Assembly: GCA_028023455.1 (NCBI GenBank)
Contig: JAQFVV010000008.1
Span: forward strand, 5,270,001 to 5,334,000
Direction: 5' to 3'
From: Epiperipatus broadwayi
Taxonomy: Eukaryota; Animalia; Onychophora
DNA: 64,000 nucleotides
Shown here: positions 1-13,600 of the stretch, piece by piece
How positions within the stretch are numbered: the first letter of the stretch is position 1
Layout: each line of letters opens with the position of its first letter
The notes under the pieces: model-generated
The model's database searches: none
What the model saw: the letters and a program-made list of their open reading frames with translations, nothing else
Told to the model about the DNA's origin: nothing
Made by a program: the position numbers and the translations under genes

Positions 1-296
1 TGTAAATATGATAAAAAATACATTCTTTAAACAAATAAATTTAGAATTTAGAATAAATATCCATTTTAAAATGTACTCAAAAATTGTCTATTTCAAAAAA
101 GAATTGTTGGAACAGAATCACTAGCAAAAAGAGTTAACTGAAATGTTTTATTTTAATTTTACAAAAAATATTATATAACTTCATCAATTATAAAATTGTT
201 AGCTATAATTTATTTATTTTTTGATAATTATTTTTATTAAATTTATAATATCATAATTTTTAAATAAAATTTTATCATTGTTATGTATGCATTCAT

Positions 297-1078
297 ATTA
301 TATGTTCATAAATACAATTTATTCACTTTACTTTGAACACTTTTTAGCAAAAACCTTTTATTGTACTTATATGCATATACAATCTTATGTTTTGACTGTC
401 CTGCATTCTTTTTCAGAGCTATGATATAATAAACAAAATAAAATACATAACTATATAAATAATACCATAAAAGTGTAAACAATAAAATTAATAAACTAAT
501 AAAAAACACAACATAAAATATAATAAAACATAATAAAACTGAAATAAATATAATCAAACCCAAATAAAATAATCCAGCTAATATAAAATAAAATATACAA
601 TATAAAGATAAAATAAATATAAATTATACATGTATATTCCTGTCATATTAATGTAAATTAATAGTTGTTCATAAATGTGTATATATACAGTTAGGAATAC
701 ACATATATAATTTATTTTATATTTATGTTGAATATTTTATTTTATATTAGCTGGTTTATTTTATTTGGATTTGATTATATTTATATCAGTTTTACTATGT
801 TTTGTTAAGTTTTCTGTTGTGTTTTTTATTACTTTATTAATTTTATTATTTACATTTTTTATGGTATTATTTATATAATTATGTATTTTATTTTATTATG
901 TTCATTATATCATAGCGCTGAACAAAACTGCATGACAGCCAAAATGTAAGATTGTATATGCATATGTGTACAATAAAAGGTTTTTGCTAAAATGTATTTG
1001 AACTAGAGGGAATAAATTGCATTTATAGAAGATATTACATCAAAATAAAGGAAGTAGTGAATTTGATTATATGTTCAT
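297..1078. mobile_element. Fold-back insertion, family C (decayed hammerhead in both arms)
   Basis: Inverted arms ~310-641 / ~693-1025. 13-bp TSD ATTATATGTTCAT at 297-309 and 1066-1078. ~40-nt tail on the right. Arms contain relics of GCCCTGAWGAAGACTGCAGGACAGTCGAAAC (389-421 minus, 915-946 plus). Confidence 0.85.
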
Positions 1079-2488
1079 GTTTAATGTGTCTGTATTGTCT
1101 AAATATCCTAAGAACATATGTAGCCTGGTGCTATATACAAAATTTTCTATATATACTGACATAGAAAATAATCAAAGAAGCAGAATCTGAAGCAATGTAA
1201 GCAATTATAAGTTATAATATTGCAGACATTGCACACTGGTAATAATCATCAACAGCCATCCCTGATGACTAGAGTTAAAAGAAATATAATATAAAATCTA
1301 GACTAATATTCATTCAGCCAATGCCAAACATAGGTCATATTATAAAAAGAATCATTATTTTATCAATATGCATATGCTTAAATTCTAAAATTACAATAAT
1401 TTTATACTGTAATTTCAAAAAATTTGATAATTTTTTTCTCCAAAAATGTGATTCAAAAAATAAAAATGTATAAAGTTTCTAGGAAAAAGCTTTAATTAAT
1501 CATAATAGCATAATATGCTTAGCATGCTTTTGACTACTGAGTAGTTATAAATATAGCCCTGATTATAAGACGGGCTTGTGATATGTTCCTAAAGGTTTGT
1601 GATGATGGTGTTTCAGTTGTATTTATTGTTTAGACTATTTCCATTATCTAATATGAGTACTGAATGGCTTTAGAAAAATTTAACTTTATTTAAATATTTC
1701 AAATAATTCAACTGTTAGTAATATAAGATCAAACAGGTTAATATGTGCACAATGTTTTGAGATATATTATTCTCCCCTCTTCTTCAAGTGTTGCTGGCCT
1801 GACCAGTGACAGTACTAGCATGGGAATCTAACCTAGACAGATTCTTGATTATTGAATTTTAAAGTAACACTCTAACCAACTGAGCCATCCTGCCAATGTC
1901 AATAGTTGGTAGAAATTTCATATGCTTATCTATGAGGTTTCTCTTGATTTTACCACTTTTTTTTCTTAAGAGCAAAGTTAATTCATAATTTCCATACCTT
2001 ATCTATAGTCACCCTCGGTTGACTTATGGGATTGTTTGCCATTGTCTGTGATCAACTTATTTAAATTTTCTTCTTTGTATTTAAACTTGAAATGCTGAAA
2101 AAAGCTTCATCTGTGAAATAGCATGTGAATGTGGAAGAACATATATTGGTGAGACCAGTTGTCCCATTAAAAATTGCTTGCAAAAACACAAACTGATGAT
2201 TAGAAAAGAGAAAACAGATGTGTCTAAGGTAGCAGACCATGTATGTACTAATGAATATATGTTCAATTAAGAAAACACAAAATCATTGGATAGAGAAGAA
2301 AAGGTACAAAGAAAATTTAAAGAAACTGCTCACATGACAATGGCAAACAATTTCATAAGTCAACCTAGTGTGATTATACATAATGTATGGAAACTACTAA
2401 TCAACTTTGCTCTTAAAAAGAAAAAATGGAGAAATTAGGAGAAACCTCATAGATAAGTATATGAAATTTCTACTGGCTGTTGACATTT

Positions 2489-2569
2489 GGCAGGATGGCT
2501 CAGTTGGTTAGAGTGTTACTTTAAAATTCAATACTCAAAAATCTGGCTGGGTTCAATTCCCATGCTAGT
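2489..2569 (+). promoter_or_regulatory. tRNA-derived Pol III type-2 promoter inside family E (mirror copy ~1815-1895, minus strand)
   Basis: A box TGGCTCAGTTGG at 2496-2507 followed by TTAGAG; B box GGTTCAATTCC at 2550-2560. Confidence 0.75.
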
Positions 2570-2591
2570 ACTGTCACTGGTCAGGCCAGAA

Positions 2592-2636
2592 ACCCCTGAA
2601 GAAGAGGGGAGAATAATACCTCTCAAAATATTGTGC
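2592..2636 (+). ncRNA. Decayed minimal type I hammerhead ribozyme (family E)
   Basis: CTGAAGA-A-GAGGGG(AGAATAATA)CCTCTC-AAAA: 6-bp stem II, G12 lost through CpG>CpA. The copy near 27715 keeps the ACGT stem III palindrome. Confidence 0.65.
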
Positions 2637-4326
2637 ATATACTAACCTGTTTGATGTGCTACTACTAATAGTTGAATGAATTTGAAATATTTAAATAAAG
2701 AGCCTGTGATGTAAAGAAAATAACCAAAGTAGAGAATTTGTATAATATTTGAATTATAAATAAGTTAATTCAGATGAACCATTTTTTGAAAGGGGGACAC
2801 AATTTTGAACTTACATCTGCCAACATAATCTGTTCTGAATGTAATGATGCTAAATGTAAAGTGAATGAGACCTGGCATATCACTAAGAATAGATATGATA
2901 TAAACAAAAAATATCATGTGCCCCCTTTTAAAAAAGTGGCTCATCTGGACAAACTTATTTACAATTCAAATATTATGTGAATTCTTTATTTCAGTTATAT
3001 TCTCTTATAAATATTGCAAGTCCCTTTTACAATCAGTGCTACATTTATGACTACTTAGTAGTCAAAAGCATGCTAGGCATACCATGCTATTTTGAATAAA
3101 TAAAGCTTTTCTCTAGATACTTTGTATTTATTTTTTGAATAATTCTATATAAAAATTCTATGATTTTTATATCATTGGTGATTATCATCAAATCTCTGAA
3201 TTATCAGATGCTGCATGTGTACTGTTCATCAATAAACTAATTATTAAATCTATAAAGTGAGTGGACTTAAAAGATGATTTCCTACCTTAGCACCATCTAA
3301 ATAATTCTAAAGAGAATTATTATAATGTCCAAACAGCCATATATATTTCAAATACTATTATTATCTGAACTAGATTTTAAATCATAAGGATCTTAATAAC
3401 TGTGTATGTATACATAAAACAATCTATTGCATTAAATAACTTCAGTGAAATAAAAATTAGATAGTGTTTAATACATTTATTAGTTAAAAAATAAATGGTC
3501 TGTTAAAATAATAGTATTCACTGCTAAAAACGTGACAGTTTGACATCACTCTAAATTGGGCACTTTTAATACTATGGTTAAGATTTTGCATTCTTTTTAA
3601 AGGTTAAAAAAAGTTCTGTAAGATGCTGCTCTCTCTTAAATTATTTTACAAGTAAAAAATCAATAAAACTGATATTATAGGTCTAACAAAGGAAGAGTGC
3701 CACCCATTATTGATTCTGATTGGCTGTTACCTTTCGACAACAAAGAAAATGGATTGTCAAAAACTAAAGAGTTACGATTTCTTTTGTTTCATTTCGAAAA
3801 TGATAAATGAATGTTTTAGACCATTTTAAGAGTATTTTTTGATAAACTATAAATTATTTTGATAAAATATACTAAAAATAAAATTATTTTAGAAAAATAG
3901 TTAAGACTTTAACAAAAATTATTTACTTTTTCTGCACCGTAAAATTGTCAAAGAAATCACTGTCATCACAAAACATTTGTGTTGGTCAATAGCATTCATT
4001 TTACATTTTCCACTATCGAATATTTTTATAATTATAAATAAAAATTTATTGTTGAAAAAAGTTTCATTCATTTTCATAACCTGTCAAATTATTAATATAC
4101 TTTTTACAAACGAAACTAAAGTGAATAAAATATTAAAAGATTAATATATTTTGATGCTTGAGTTTGTCAATTGACAGTTGAGTTTGTGAATTGACCAATT
4201 AAAAGTTTAGACTTTTACCTCACTTGGCCAATAAAATAATCAGCATAAAAGATGTTAATAAACCAATAAATACCCGATTTTTAACTAAATGTAAATATTT
4301 AGATGTTAGCATGTATTTAATACATG

Positions 4327-4649
4327 AACAGTCATATATGATTTTTTAAAACTTTTCTTTTTCTTTTTTGCATTGCTTTAATTAATTAATTAATCCGTTT
4401 TTTATATATAATTTTTGTTTTTTGTACAATGCTTACATAACACCCTTCAACCTCAACAGTTTCGATTGCCCCTGAAATCTTCTTCAGAATTATAATATAT
4501 ATATATATATTGTATATTTATATAATTTGTATATTTAAGTATATGTGTTTATATATTTTATAGTTCTGAATAAGATTGCAGGGGCAATATGTAAGCATTG
4601 TACAAAAAATAAAAATTTTATATAAAAAACGGATTAACAGTCATATATG
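4327..4649. mobile_element. Fold-back insertion, family F
   Basis: 14-bp TSD AACAGTCATATATG at 4327-4340 and 4636-4649. ~50-nt tail on the left. Arms ~4390-4495 / ~4560-4635; the right arm is internally deleted. Confidence 0.85.
4455..4490 (-). ncRNA. Minimal hammerhead ribozyme core (family F)
   Basis: Reverse complement reads TT-CTGAAGA-A-GATTTC(AGGG)GCAATC-GAAAC-TGTT-GAGG. The right arm supplies the GATTGC variant, giving a 6-bp stem II. Stems I and III are weak. Confidence 0.6.
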
Positions 4650-6478
4650 TGTGTATCTAAAATTAAAAATGAAACAAGTTTTAACTGTATTTTATTTTTT
4701 ATGAACATTTAAATTGTAAACAAACATATTAGAAGAAAGAAACATTATTTAACTTCTTGGAAAGTCTAAGTTAAAAGTTCTAAGATTTTGGATTTTTTTT
4801 CATTTACAAACTTTGATAAAGATTTTAAATACATTTCCATTTCGTAATTAATTCCTTCATCAGCTGCTTTACATTTCATCGAAAGTTCTTTTGTTTTTAA
4901 CTTATTATCCTCTAACTTTAAGAAAGTCTTTTTCAAATTTATTTCTATTAGATAATAACTTTAATTTTATTCAAAATTTGTTTACTCTTAAGTCGGACCA
5001 GCCGTTGTTAAGGTATTTTCTTTTATGTAAAATAGAAATAGACTTTCCTTTACCACAAGGTAAATGCTGGAAATATTATGGTATTATTGATATATATATA
5101 TTACTCTCCGGGAAATTTCTTCTATTTATACTTTATACATTCATTTATGAAATAAATCTTCTGCATGGATATTATATACATATATGACTGACTATAGTTA
5201 TCCTTTTTCTGTGCTTCTATGCATATATATATATAAAGTGTAGCACTGGAGTCTCCTATTTTATTTCTGGGATAGACACATATAAGATAAATCGTGAACC
5301 TCAACTCTGCTTAGTTTCTATAATTTGATAGACTGCAACCAGTCAATCATTCTACCTCTTACATATTGAACTATATATTTGCAGAAAGGCACATCCCCTA
5401 CTTCTCTGGAAGTTGAAACTTGACCAACATGGAACTTGTAACCATTGTTCAATTCTGGTCTACACATTCTACATCAGCATTCTCAGCCTTAAATCTAATA
5501 ATAAATCGCTTCTAATTCAAATCTACTATTTATAGTTACAGTGAAATTTTCAAACAAGAAATTATAGTCATTTATTTTTCATCTTAATTAATAAAATTAG
5601 ATAATTTAATTACATTGTTCTGGGTTTTTTTTTCAATTTACATTCATTAATACTAATTAGTTATAAAAAAAATTTAATCCCTTAACTAAAAACAAATTAT
5701 AGAATTGATGTATATGATAAAACATTTTATTACATTAAAATATTTTACATGTTAAAATCAGAAAAGATAATTATTTGCACTAAATACAGACTTTTATATT
5801 TGATTTAAAATAATTTACTGTATTTTAAAATATCAAAGAAAATACTACTTAATATTTAAGTCATTTCAGACTATGTATTGTAAATAAATATATACAGTAA
5901 TTTTTGTCTGTGTTTATTTTTATTTTTCCTTTCACGCTTGTGTATCATGAGACTATTCTGACTCAATATATATATATATCCATTCTTCCCACTTTCTTTC
6001 ATTCGATTATATATAAAGAGACAATACTGAGAACAAAATATAATAGTTTTATTTTTTATAGAATTAACTAAATAGATACCAATGTTCTGAAATAAAATGT
6101 TAATATGGCAATTTAATTAATAACTTCAATAAAATCAAAAGTAAAAACAAAAACTGATTTTATAATTATAAAACATTTCTAACAATCGCGAACAAATATA
6201 AACAAATTCTAACTAATGTTCATTTTTTTAACAAAAATAAAGTGGAAAAATGGACAACGCTTATAAATGATAAAAATGGCAATAATAAGATTTTTACAAT
6301 AATTAAAAATATAACACCATCTTTATCTTATCTGTGTTTGAATAGTAATGTCATTCAGGTAAGCATAAAAATTGCTGAGAAACATAACAATATTAATCTG
6401 AATTACTATAAACAAAAATTTTGATATATAGAAGAGTAATATGATATTCTTCTAACTTATAAAGTTAGGTTTGAAAAT

Positions 6479-7729
6479 TACACATTGTATCCCAGTGAAA
6501 AGGTAACTGGCTACTTTTCTTCCAATCTATCTGCAGTGCTAATCTGAATCAATATATGTGTTATATGCCAACATAGTTTAGTTATTCCCTACAAAAAAAA
6601 GTTTTAGAAGCTGTTTAGATAACAAGTTACACCACACAATGTGACAGTGAGTTCGGTACCTTTGTAGAAATCCCATGATAAACTGAAGAAAACTGCCATG
6701 TAAATATTTGAAATGATTCAGACTATATACAGCACTGAAACCATAATAAAATGTTAGAATATTTTTAATTCAAAATTTCATAATGGCAGAAAAAGCACTG
6801 AAGATTATTCAAATTAGACACAGCAAAAATAGCTGAAAATGAAAACATGGTAAAAGTTACCAAAATTCTTTAATGTCTGACAGCTTAGTGAGAAATTCAA
6901 TGGAATTTCCAAAATTGTTGTCCATCATATTTAATGAAAGATTTAAGAAATTGGAAGAATAGCATATACTTCATGCTTCCCTTTTTGACTTTCAATCAAA
7001 AATTTATGTCAAAATGGAACATTGCAATTGTATTCAAAAATCATAACTATGGATTAAAATTCTTACAAAATTTTATAACAGATGATTATATATGGTATTT
7101 TCAATATGGTTCATCAACCAAGTGCCAAACTGCAGAAATGGAGATTTGCAGAAGAAGAAAAACAAATAAATTGTGAATGCAAAAGAGCCAAATTAAAATA
7201 TTGCTCTCTGTATTTTTCATTCTAAAGGAATTGTTCACTATGAAGACATTTTTGAAAATTAGATGGCAAATTCTAACTACTATTTTGATATTTTGATTCA
7301 TTATTGGACTAAAATTTTGCACAAATAAGCTTAATCATGTTAGCAAGGCTCTTGGTCATTATTGCACAATTCACAGTGCCAATATTAGTCATAATTATTT
7401 GACTAAAAAGCTATTGTTGTGCTTCAATATCTATCATGTTCTCTTGATTTAGCTCCTAATGACTTTCAGCTACTTTCAAAATTAAAGTTGACCCTTAAAG
7501 GAACACATTTTGATTCAATTCTGAATATCCAGAAACATGGGACAAAATTTTGCAAGTAATTATGGTTGAAGATTTTAAAGACTGCTTCAAACAATTTTAC
7601 AATCATTTCCAGTGGTAATATTAAGTCACAATAACACTATTTTGGATAATCAATAATAAAACCAATTCATAACTAACATCCTGTGTTTTAGTTTACATCA
7701 GCCAACATTTTACTGGAAAATATTGTGTA
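6479..7729 (+). mobile_element. Full-length but decayed mariner (Tc1/mariner) DNA transposon
   Basis: Imperfect TIRs: TACACATTGTATCCCAGTGAAA at 6479 vs reverse complement TACACAATATTTTCCAGTAAAA ending 7729; TA ends; 1.25 kb. Transposase relics: LKKTAM*IFEMIQT (HTH region), FITDDYIWYFQY (cf. ITGDETW), GIVHYE, SLDLAPNDFQLLSKLKLTLKG (cf. SPDLAPCDFFLFPKLK). Many stops and frameshifts. Confidence 0.9.
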
Positions 7730-9367
7730 ATGTTTCAGTAGAAAAACATTTTGGTTTATTGAAGTCTCAGAAATAAGCTTTTCTAAAAAAAAATGCAGAA
7801 AAAAAAATAATATATTGTATAAATATCTAAGCAGCACAATTAACATTAATAAGAAAGATTAACAAGCATATTAGATCTTTAACACATGTTAACACCCAAA
7901 GAATAATTTGTACAGGAAAAAATTACAATATTTAGAAAAGCAGATAGATAAATTAAATCATACACAAACTGTATACACAAGTAAAGTGGTTAGTATTGAA
8001 TTTTATATTTGCCAAACATGAAAAATGTTATAATGATCACATTTTTACAAATTAATTCATCATTCTCAGTAAAATTAAATCTGATATAATATTAATCCAA
8101 AATAAGAAAAAATTAAAACCTTTTATACTTTATTAAGCTATTCCAATTGCAAAATCAAATTGTAAATGCAATTACAAATTGTCTAACAACTTCCAATAGC
8201 AGTTCACTTTACCCTATTCTAAAAGGATATACTGTAAGATTAAAAAATCAAATGGCCACCATGGTAGTGCTGTAAACATGCTTATAGTAGATAGCTCTAG
8301 ATATGGTAAACAGAATTGCTCTTGAAATCATATATTAAAAGTCAGTTTGGGAAGTCACATGATATTTTGTTGTTTAACAAGTCTACTTTCAGAAATATGA
8401 TTTTAATAAAAGTTATTTACAAAAAAATATTGCAGTTATAAGAAATGGATCAGTATGATTTAGAATAATTGAAATGCTGCAAAGATATCCAGAAATTATT
8501 ACTTGTACTATTTAAATCATTGTTTTGAATTATTTATTGCAGGTTTAGTACCATAAATATATAGTTATTAATCAATTTCAAATGTTTATGAATAAATTAT
8601 ATGCTCTTTATAATCAATCTTATGTAAAACAAAATAAAATGAACCACTATTGTTTAATATAGAGATTTTAAAAAAAGTTTCTGTTTGAAAACAAAATGGA
8701 GCACAGGTTCATTAAAATGATTTCAACTATTTAAGCAAAATTATCATTTTAATATAGCTAAATAAAAAAAAAAACTATCATAATTAAAAAACATACTTTT
8801 ATAGTTGTATTGTACAATATGTGATTAAATTTTAATTATTGGTTTAACTTTTCAAAGCTCTCTGATTTCTAGATGCCACTATAATTAATTAATATAATAT
8901 TTTCAAGCATCATTCTTTATAGTTGAAGTATTAAATTTATATTCTCAATAATTTACACTTTATAATTTTAATGGTAAAATAAATAACATATCTTTTTAAA
9001 TTATTAAACACAAACAAATCATTTTTCATGTAATCTCCATAAACAATATATTTTAATAATACTGGTAATATGAACTCATTGTGATTTATATAGATACAAA
9101 AAAAACCTTTGCATTGGAACACTTGTGAGTGTAGAGAACCAAGTCTATCTAAGAAGTCTGATTAAGGTGGAAATATGTATCATGAGAGTAATTGTTAATG
9201 CCTTGCATTGATGGTTTATTAAGCAAAATAGTGACTGTTTATTACTAAAATACCTGAAACATATTTAATTGCTTCAATTTATCTTTCTTTTTTGAAAAGG
9301 AAAATGATAAATACATTTCATATTTAATTGAAAGATTGCATATATTAATAAAAAGAAAAGTCCATTG

Positions 9368-10097
9368 TAATCCATTCAGGTTTAGAAACAATGAGCAAAA
9401 TCTCTTCAGTTTTAGACCTAGTACATATTTCTAGTTGACAATTCAAATATAAAATTTCAAATCACTCTCAAATATTGTTTTTTCAGCAATGTTCAACCTT
9501 ATGAATAAAGTCAAAATTTTAATAGTATGACCAAGCAAATACCTCTTGATCAGTTGATATTAAAATACAGACTAATTCAAACAAGGATCATAAAATTTAA
9601 ATTGGCAAAGATCTTAAATTGCTCGTAAACAAACATGTTTAATTTACACATGCAAAGAAAGACTCAAACATTAGTTATTTTAACTTTGCAACCCCCAAAT
9701 ATACATATATAAGAAATACAAACCAGTGCATACTGCTAGCTGAAAATTCAAATATAAAATTGTGCTGGATCTAATTCTGATATATTTATATTTGTGAGAT
9801 TAAATGACTAATGTATTAGTCTTTTTTGTATGCATAAATTAAACATATTTGTTTTTGAACAATTAAAGATCTTTGCTAATTTAAATTTCACACTCCTTGT
9901 TTGAATTACTCTGTATCTCAATATACTTAGGAACATTGCAGCAAACAATCAAGAGATATTTTCTTGGATGTGCTGTTTGAAATGTAGATTTTATCTTTAT
10001 TCACAAGGTGGCATTGTTGAGGAAACATAACATTTGTAAGAGTGATTTGACATTTTATGACTTAATTTGTCTATTTTAAAATCATTAATACATTCAG
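9368..10097. mobile_element. Diverged fold-back insertion (no hammerhead recognised)
   Basis: Arms ~9430-9690 / ~9785-10080. Probable 12-bp TSD TAATCCATTCAG (9368-9379) / TAATACATTCAG (10086-10097). ~50-nt tail on the left. Confidence 0.7.
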
Positions 10098-10384
10098 AGG
10101 TTACCTGGATAATAATGTAAGTTTTTTGTATAGAAAAATTAATCCATGTTGTTCATCTGAGAGCAAATTTGATTTGGCATGATAAATTTAATAAAAACAG
10201 AATAAGTTTAAGATGTAATATGTTCAGACAAATACAGAATAAGTTTGTCTTTATTAATTGAATATGTATTAAATTTAATGTTTATAAAATTATATGATTT
10301 TCCTTATTAAATGCAATCTCGAATTTTATTTCAAGTTTTATAATTCTGTTTATTATAAAATTATTAAAATATACTGTATATACA

Positions 10385-10679
10385 TTAATAAAAATATTTA
10401 CATGATCACCACTTCTTGTGCTAGAACATAACTGTTATTAAACAGGCAAAACTCTCCACCCTGTGCCAACTAAAGTAATCAATGGATGCCAGAAGGCTTG
10501 TGCATAAAATCCTTAAAATCACTGATGAAGGCCACAAGCCAGAAACTAATCTGGGGATATGAATGAGTAGGCACTAGATAGAGATTTTATGCACAAGCCT
10601 TCTGGCATCAATTGATTACTCTGGTTGGCACAGGGTGGAACTACTTTATGGAGAGTTTTGCCTGGTTAATAAAAATATT
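10385..10679. mobile_element. Fold-back insertion, family A
   Basis: 14-bp TSD TTAATAAAAATATT at 10385-10398 and 10666-10679. Arms ~10437-10512 / ~10583-10670. Homologous to 21415-22178 and 63382-63768. Confidence 0.9.
10520..10557 (+). ncRNA. Family A hammerhead with truncated stem I and mutated stem III
   Basis: CA-CTGATGA-AGGC(CACAA)GCCA-GAAACTAATC-TGGGGA. The ACTAGT palindrome has become ACTAAT. Confidence 0.6.
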
Positions 10680-13600
10680 ATTATATTTTTAATTTATTTT
10701 ATTATACTATATTTTTGTTGCTCTTTTTTGTAGCATCACAGTGTTGGATATGTTTGATTAAAAAATGAAATAAAATAAATAATAAAAATTAATATAATTT
10801 TTGTTAGTCAAATTTTACTTTGGTTACTCAAATTCTAATTTAAATTAGACTCCATATATAGCCAGCTATTTCACACTATTGTAATACTTTAGTGTCTTCT
10901 CTAGATTTTTTATACTTTATTTCAAATTTATGTTTGATGTGCTAACTTACTTCTTTGTTATGCTTTGGTACAGTACTCATAAAAGATTAAAAATATCTAT
11001 TTTTAAAAACAAAATACTTATCACACTTTGTGTTATGATAATAGATTTTATAGTAAAAGCTAACCCTGATAATAAAATCATAGTATCAAAATCTTCTATT
11101 TACTGTTTACAAGTTGTACATGTGGTGACTTCCATATGCTATCAGTTTTAAGTTATATACCAGTATAAAAAATCAGTTTGTAAATAAATAACTCCATGTA
11201 TTACCCAAAATATTATCATTCTAATCAAAAAAATTTCTATAAAATTAACTCCCTAAGTACACAAAAATTTTAGATGTTAAAAAATCCACTTCTATAGAAG
11301 ACTATTAACATGTTCTGATTAATTTAGTGTCCTGAATCATAATAAATTAGAATTGTCAGTCTAAGATATTCAGATTGTATGAAAAAGTGTAGATGGGTAC
11401 TTAAAAACACTAAAGAAAATCTTAAGTTAAAACAAATTATAATAATTTATAATAGCCAAATAATTCAGTATTTTGAAGTACTATAATATGTCATTAAGAT
11501 TGTACACCATATGTGATTAAAATGTGTAACATCCTAATTTTCCCTAGTTTCATTACTATTTTTTCTCTCTAATTAGAATAAATATATTATTTAAAGCATT
11601 TTTGAAAAAAAGAAAATAAAACTCTAATGATTAATATTCTCGTTTATCTAGTAGTAATATTCTTTCTGATGTTATGTGAATAATTTTTAAAATATTTTTC
11701 ACAAATATTTAATCAAAATGAAAGCTGTATACATATTAATTGCCTAATCTCCAACAATCTAACATTTTATTACATTGTTATTTAACTTCTATTTAAACCT
11801 AAATCAATACTCTTGCTATTATTTCTATCCTCAGTACAAACTTTTATATTCTTTTTTTCCCAGCATCCATCTCATCTTGCACAGTACTTTTATTTTTAGC
11901 CCTTTTTTCATATCTATTATTAAGTTGGCTATATTCTTAATTTTGATAGACTTAACATCATGTATTTTTTATAATAGATTTTGGATCTAAAGATAGTATT
12001 GACATGATCAGACTTGAAAATTCAAATTTCTACTAGAGTATTTTTTTTTATTTTTCACACCTATGCTTAACTTTCCCATTTCTGTCTATAATAAAAATAT
12101 GTAATGATATTTTGTGTTGATTGACAGATTTAATGATCATAAAGTCATATATCTATAATGAACTAAATTGACAGACATTATGCTCATATTAATTAAATAA
12201 GAAGAAATGTAAAGGTAAAAGAGATAATGTTATTTATATAAACTTTACATATTATACTTCTAATTTATAAATAATCATGAATTATTAACGTTAAAGAAAA
12301 CATCAAATATTTCTCTTTTCTTTTTAATTTACTTGAAAATAATATTTTTTTGTAATTAAAAAATATATACTGTATATGATGTTTTTGCGGGCGGGGGGGG
12401 GGTGCAAGGTTTATAATTTGCAGTTACATATTAATATAAACGTATTCCTTTAAAAAAAAAAAAATTTTCAAATTCGAGTGCTTAACAATCAATATGTGAA
12501 TTTTTAAAAAAATGTTAAATTTTATCTTTATAATATATATATATATATATATAGTTTTCACTACTACAGAATACGTCTAAAGGGAATGTACATTATATCA
12601 GAAATTTATAAATTAGATTTGGATGTATTCAAAAAATACAAGCTTAAACAACTTTAAAACAATTTCAAATATTTGCCAAATCAAAAATAAAGTTTGTAAT
12701 AATAATAATCATTATTAGTATTGCTATGCACGTGTATTGCTTTGTTTAGATAAACTTTATATTATTTAAATATATGTAAAATTTGCATATGCCACATAAA
12801 ACCTTTTGCCACAATTTAAATTAAAAAAGAATTACTTAATATAGATAAACTGTTTTAATAAAAAATATAACACATTAAAACAAATGCTTTTTATTGAAAC
12901 AAAATTAATAATTAGGCACTAATATGTGAATGCTATTTAATAATAAAAAAGAAAGAAACATGATATTTTCAAATTGAAGAAAATGTATTTGACTCTTAAA
13001 ATAATATTAAAAAATGGAAATATAAAATAAAAATATTATTTTGAACTTTTAAAAAATATTTATATTATAAAATTTAATTTTATAAAGTATATAGATAAAT
13101 TGCATCCCTAAATTTAATTATATATATGAATAATAAATAAATATGAATTACTACCAAACATGCCATTAAATAATATTATACTACACAATGTAAAACTAAT
13201 AAAAATTATAACTAGGGGAAGGGGGGGGGGTTAAATTCTAAGTAAAATTATCATACTCTTTATCATTGGTTGCCATTCTAACTTCTGAAGAAGAAAAATG
13301 TTAAAAGTAGTTTTGTGATAAGCAAACCAGTTCATGAATTACAAATAGAAATGTTTTCAAAATTTGTTGTATGATAACTAGCAATAGTGCATTTTAACTT
13401 ATTTTGCAAAAAGTATTTTTAATAAAAGATTTTAACACTTGTTCTCACTTTTCCAAGGATAGCAAGTAGCATTACATTTCTTTAAAATGTCTTTAAAATT
13501 TTTATAATGTAATAGCATCAGCTTCTGCCATAAAAATATATGCTCAAGTTGAATATAAAATATTTTCCAATGCCCAATACACCAAAAATGTGCTCTTATA

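Larger units (their letters stand above)
1583..2710. mobile_element. Fold-back insertion, family E (internal tRNA-like head followed by a hammerhead relic)
   Basis: Arms ~1682-2080 / ~2305-2700. Tail on the left. Degenerate TSD GGGCTTGTGAT (1572-1582) / GAGCCTGTGAT (2700-2710). Homologous to the element at 27065-27845. Confidence 0.85.
1405..3205. mobile_element. Older fold-back element (family J) with its left arm split by the family E insertion
   Basis: Left arm = ~1450-1582 plus 2711-2810; right arm = ~2906-3145, alignable weakly to ~3205. Example: GCATGCTTTTGACTACTGAGTAG (~1523) vs CTACTTAGTAGTCAAAAGCATGC (~3051). Confidence 0.75.

Noticed and set aside
306-563. 85-aa hydrophobic ORF as a membrane protein
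   Set aside because: It lies wholly in the T-rich strand of a fold-back arm, and the mirror arm has no equivalent intact frame.
2772-2810. CAGATGAACC/CAGATGAGCC...GGGG as a hammerhead in family J
   Set aside because: U4 is absent in both arms, there is no GAAA, and the polarity is opposite to all other cases.
2774-2980. 68-aa ORF after a TTCAG acceptor-like site
   Set aside because: It spans the centre of the family J palindrome, and its two ends are reverse complements of each other.
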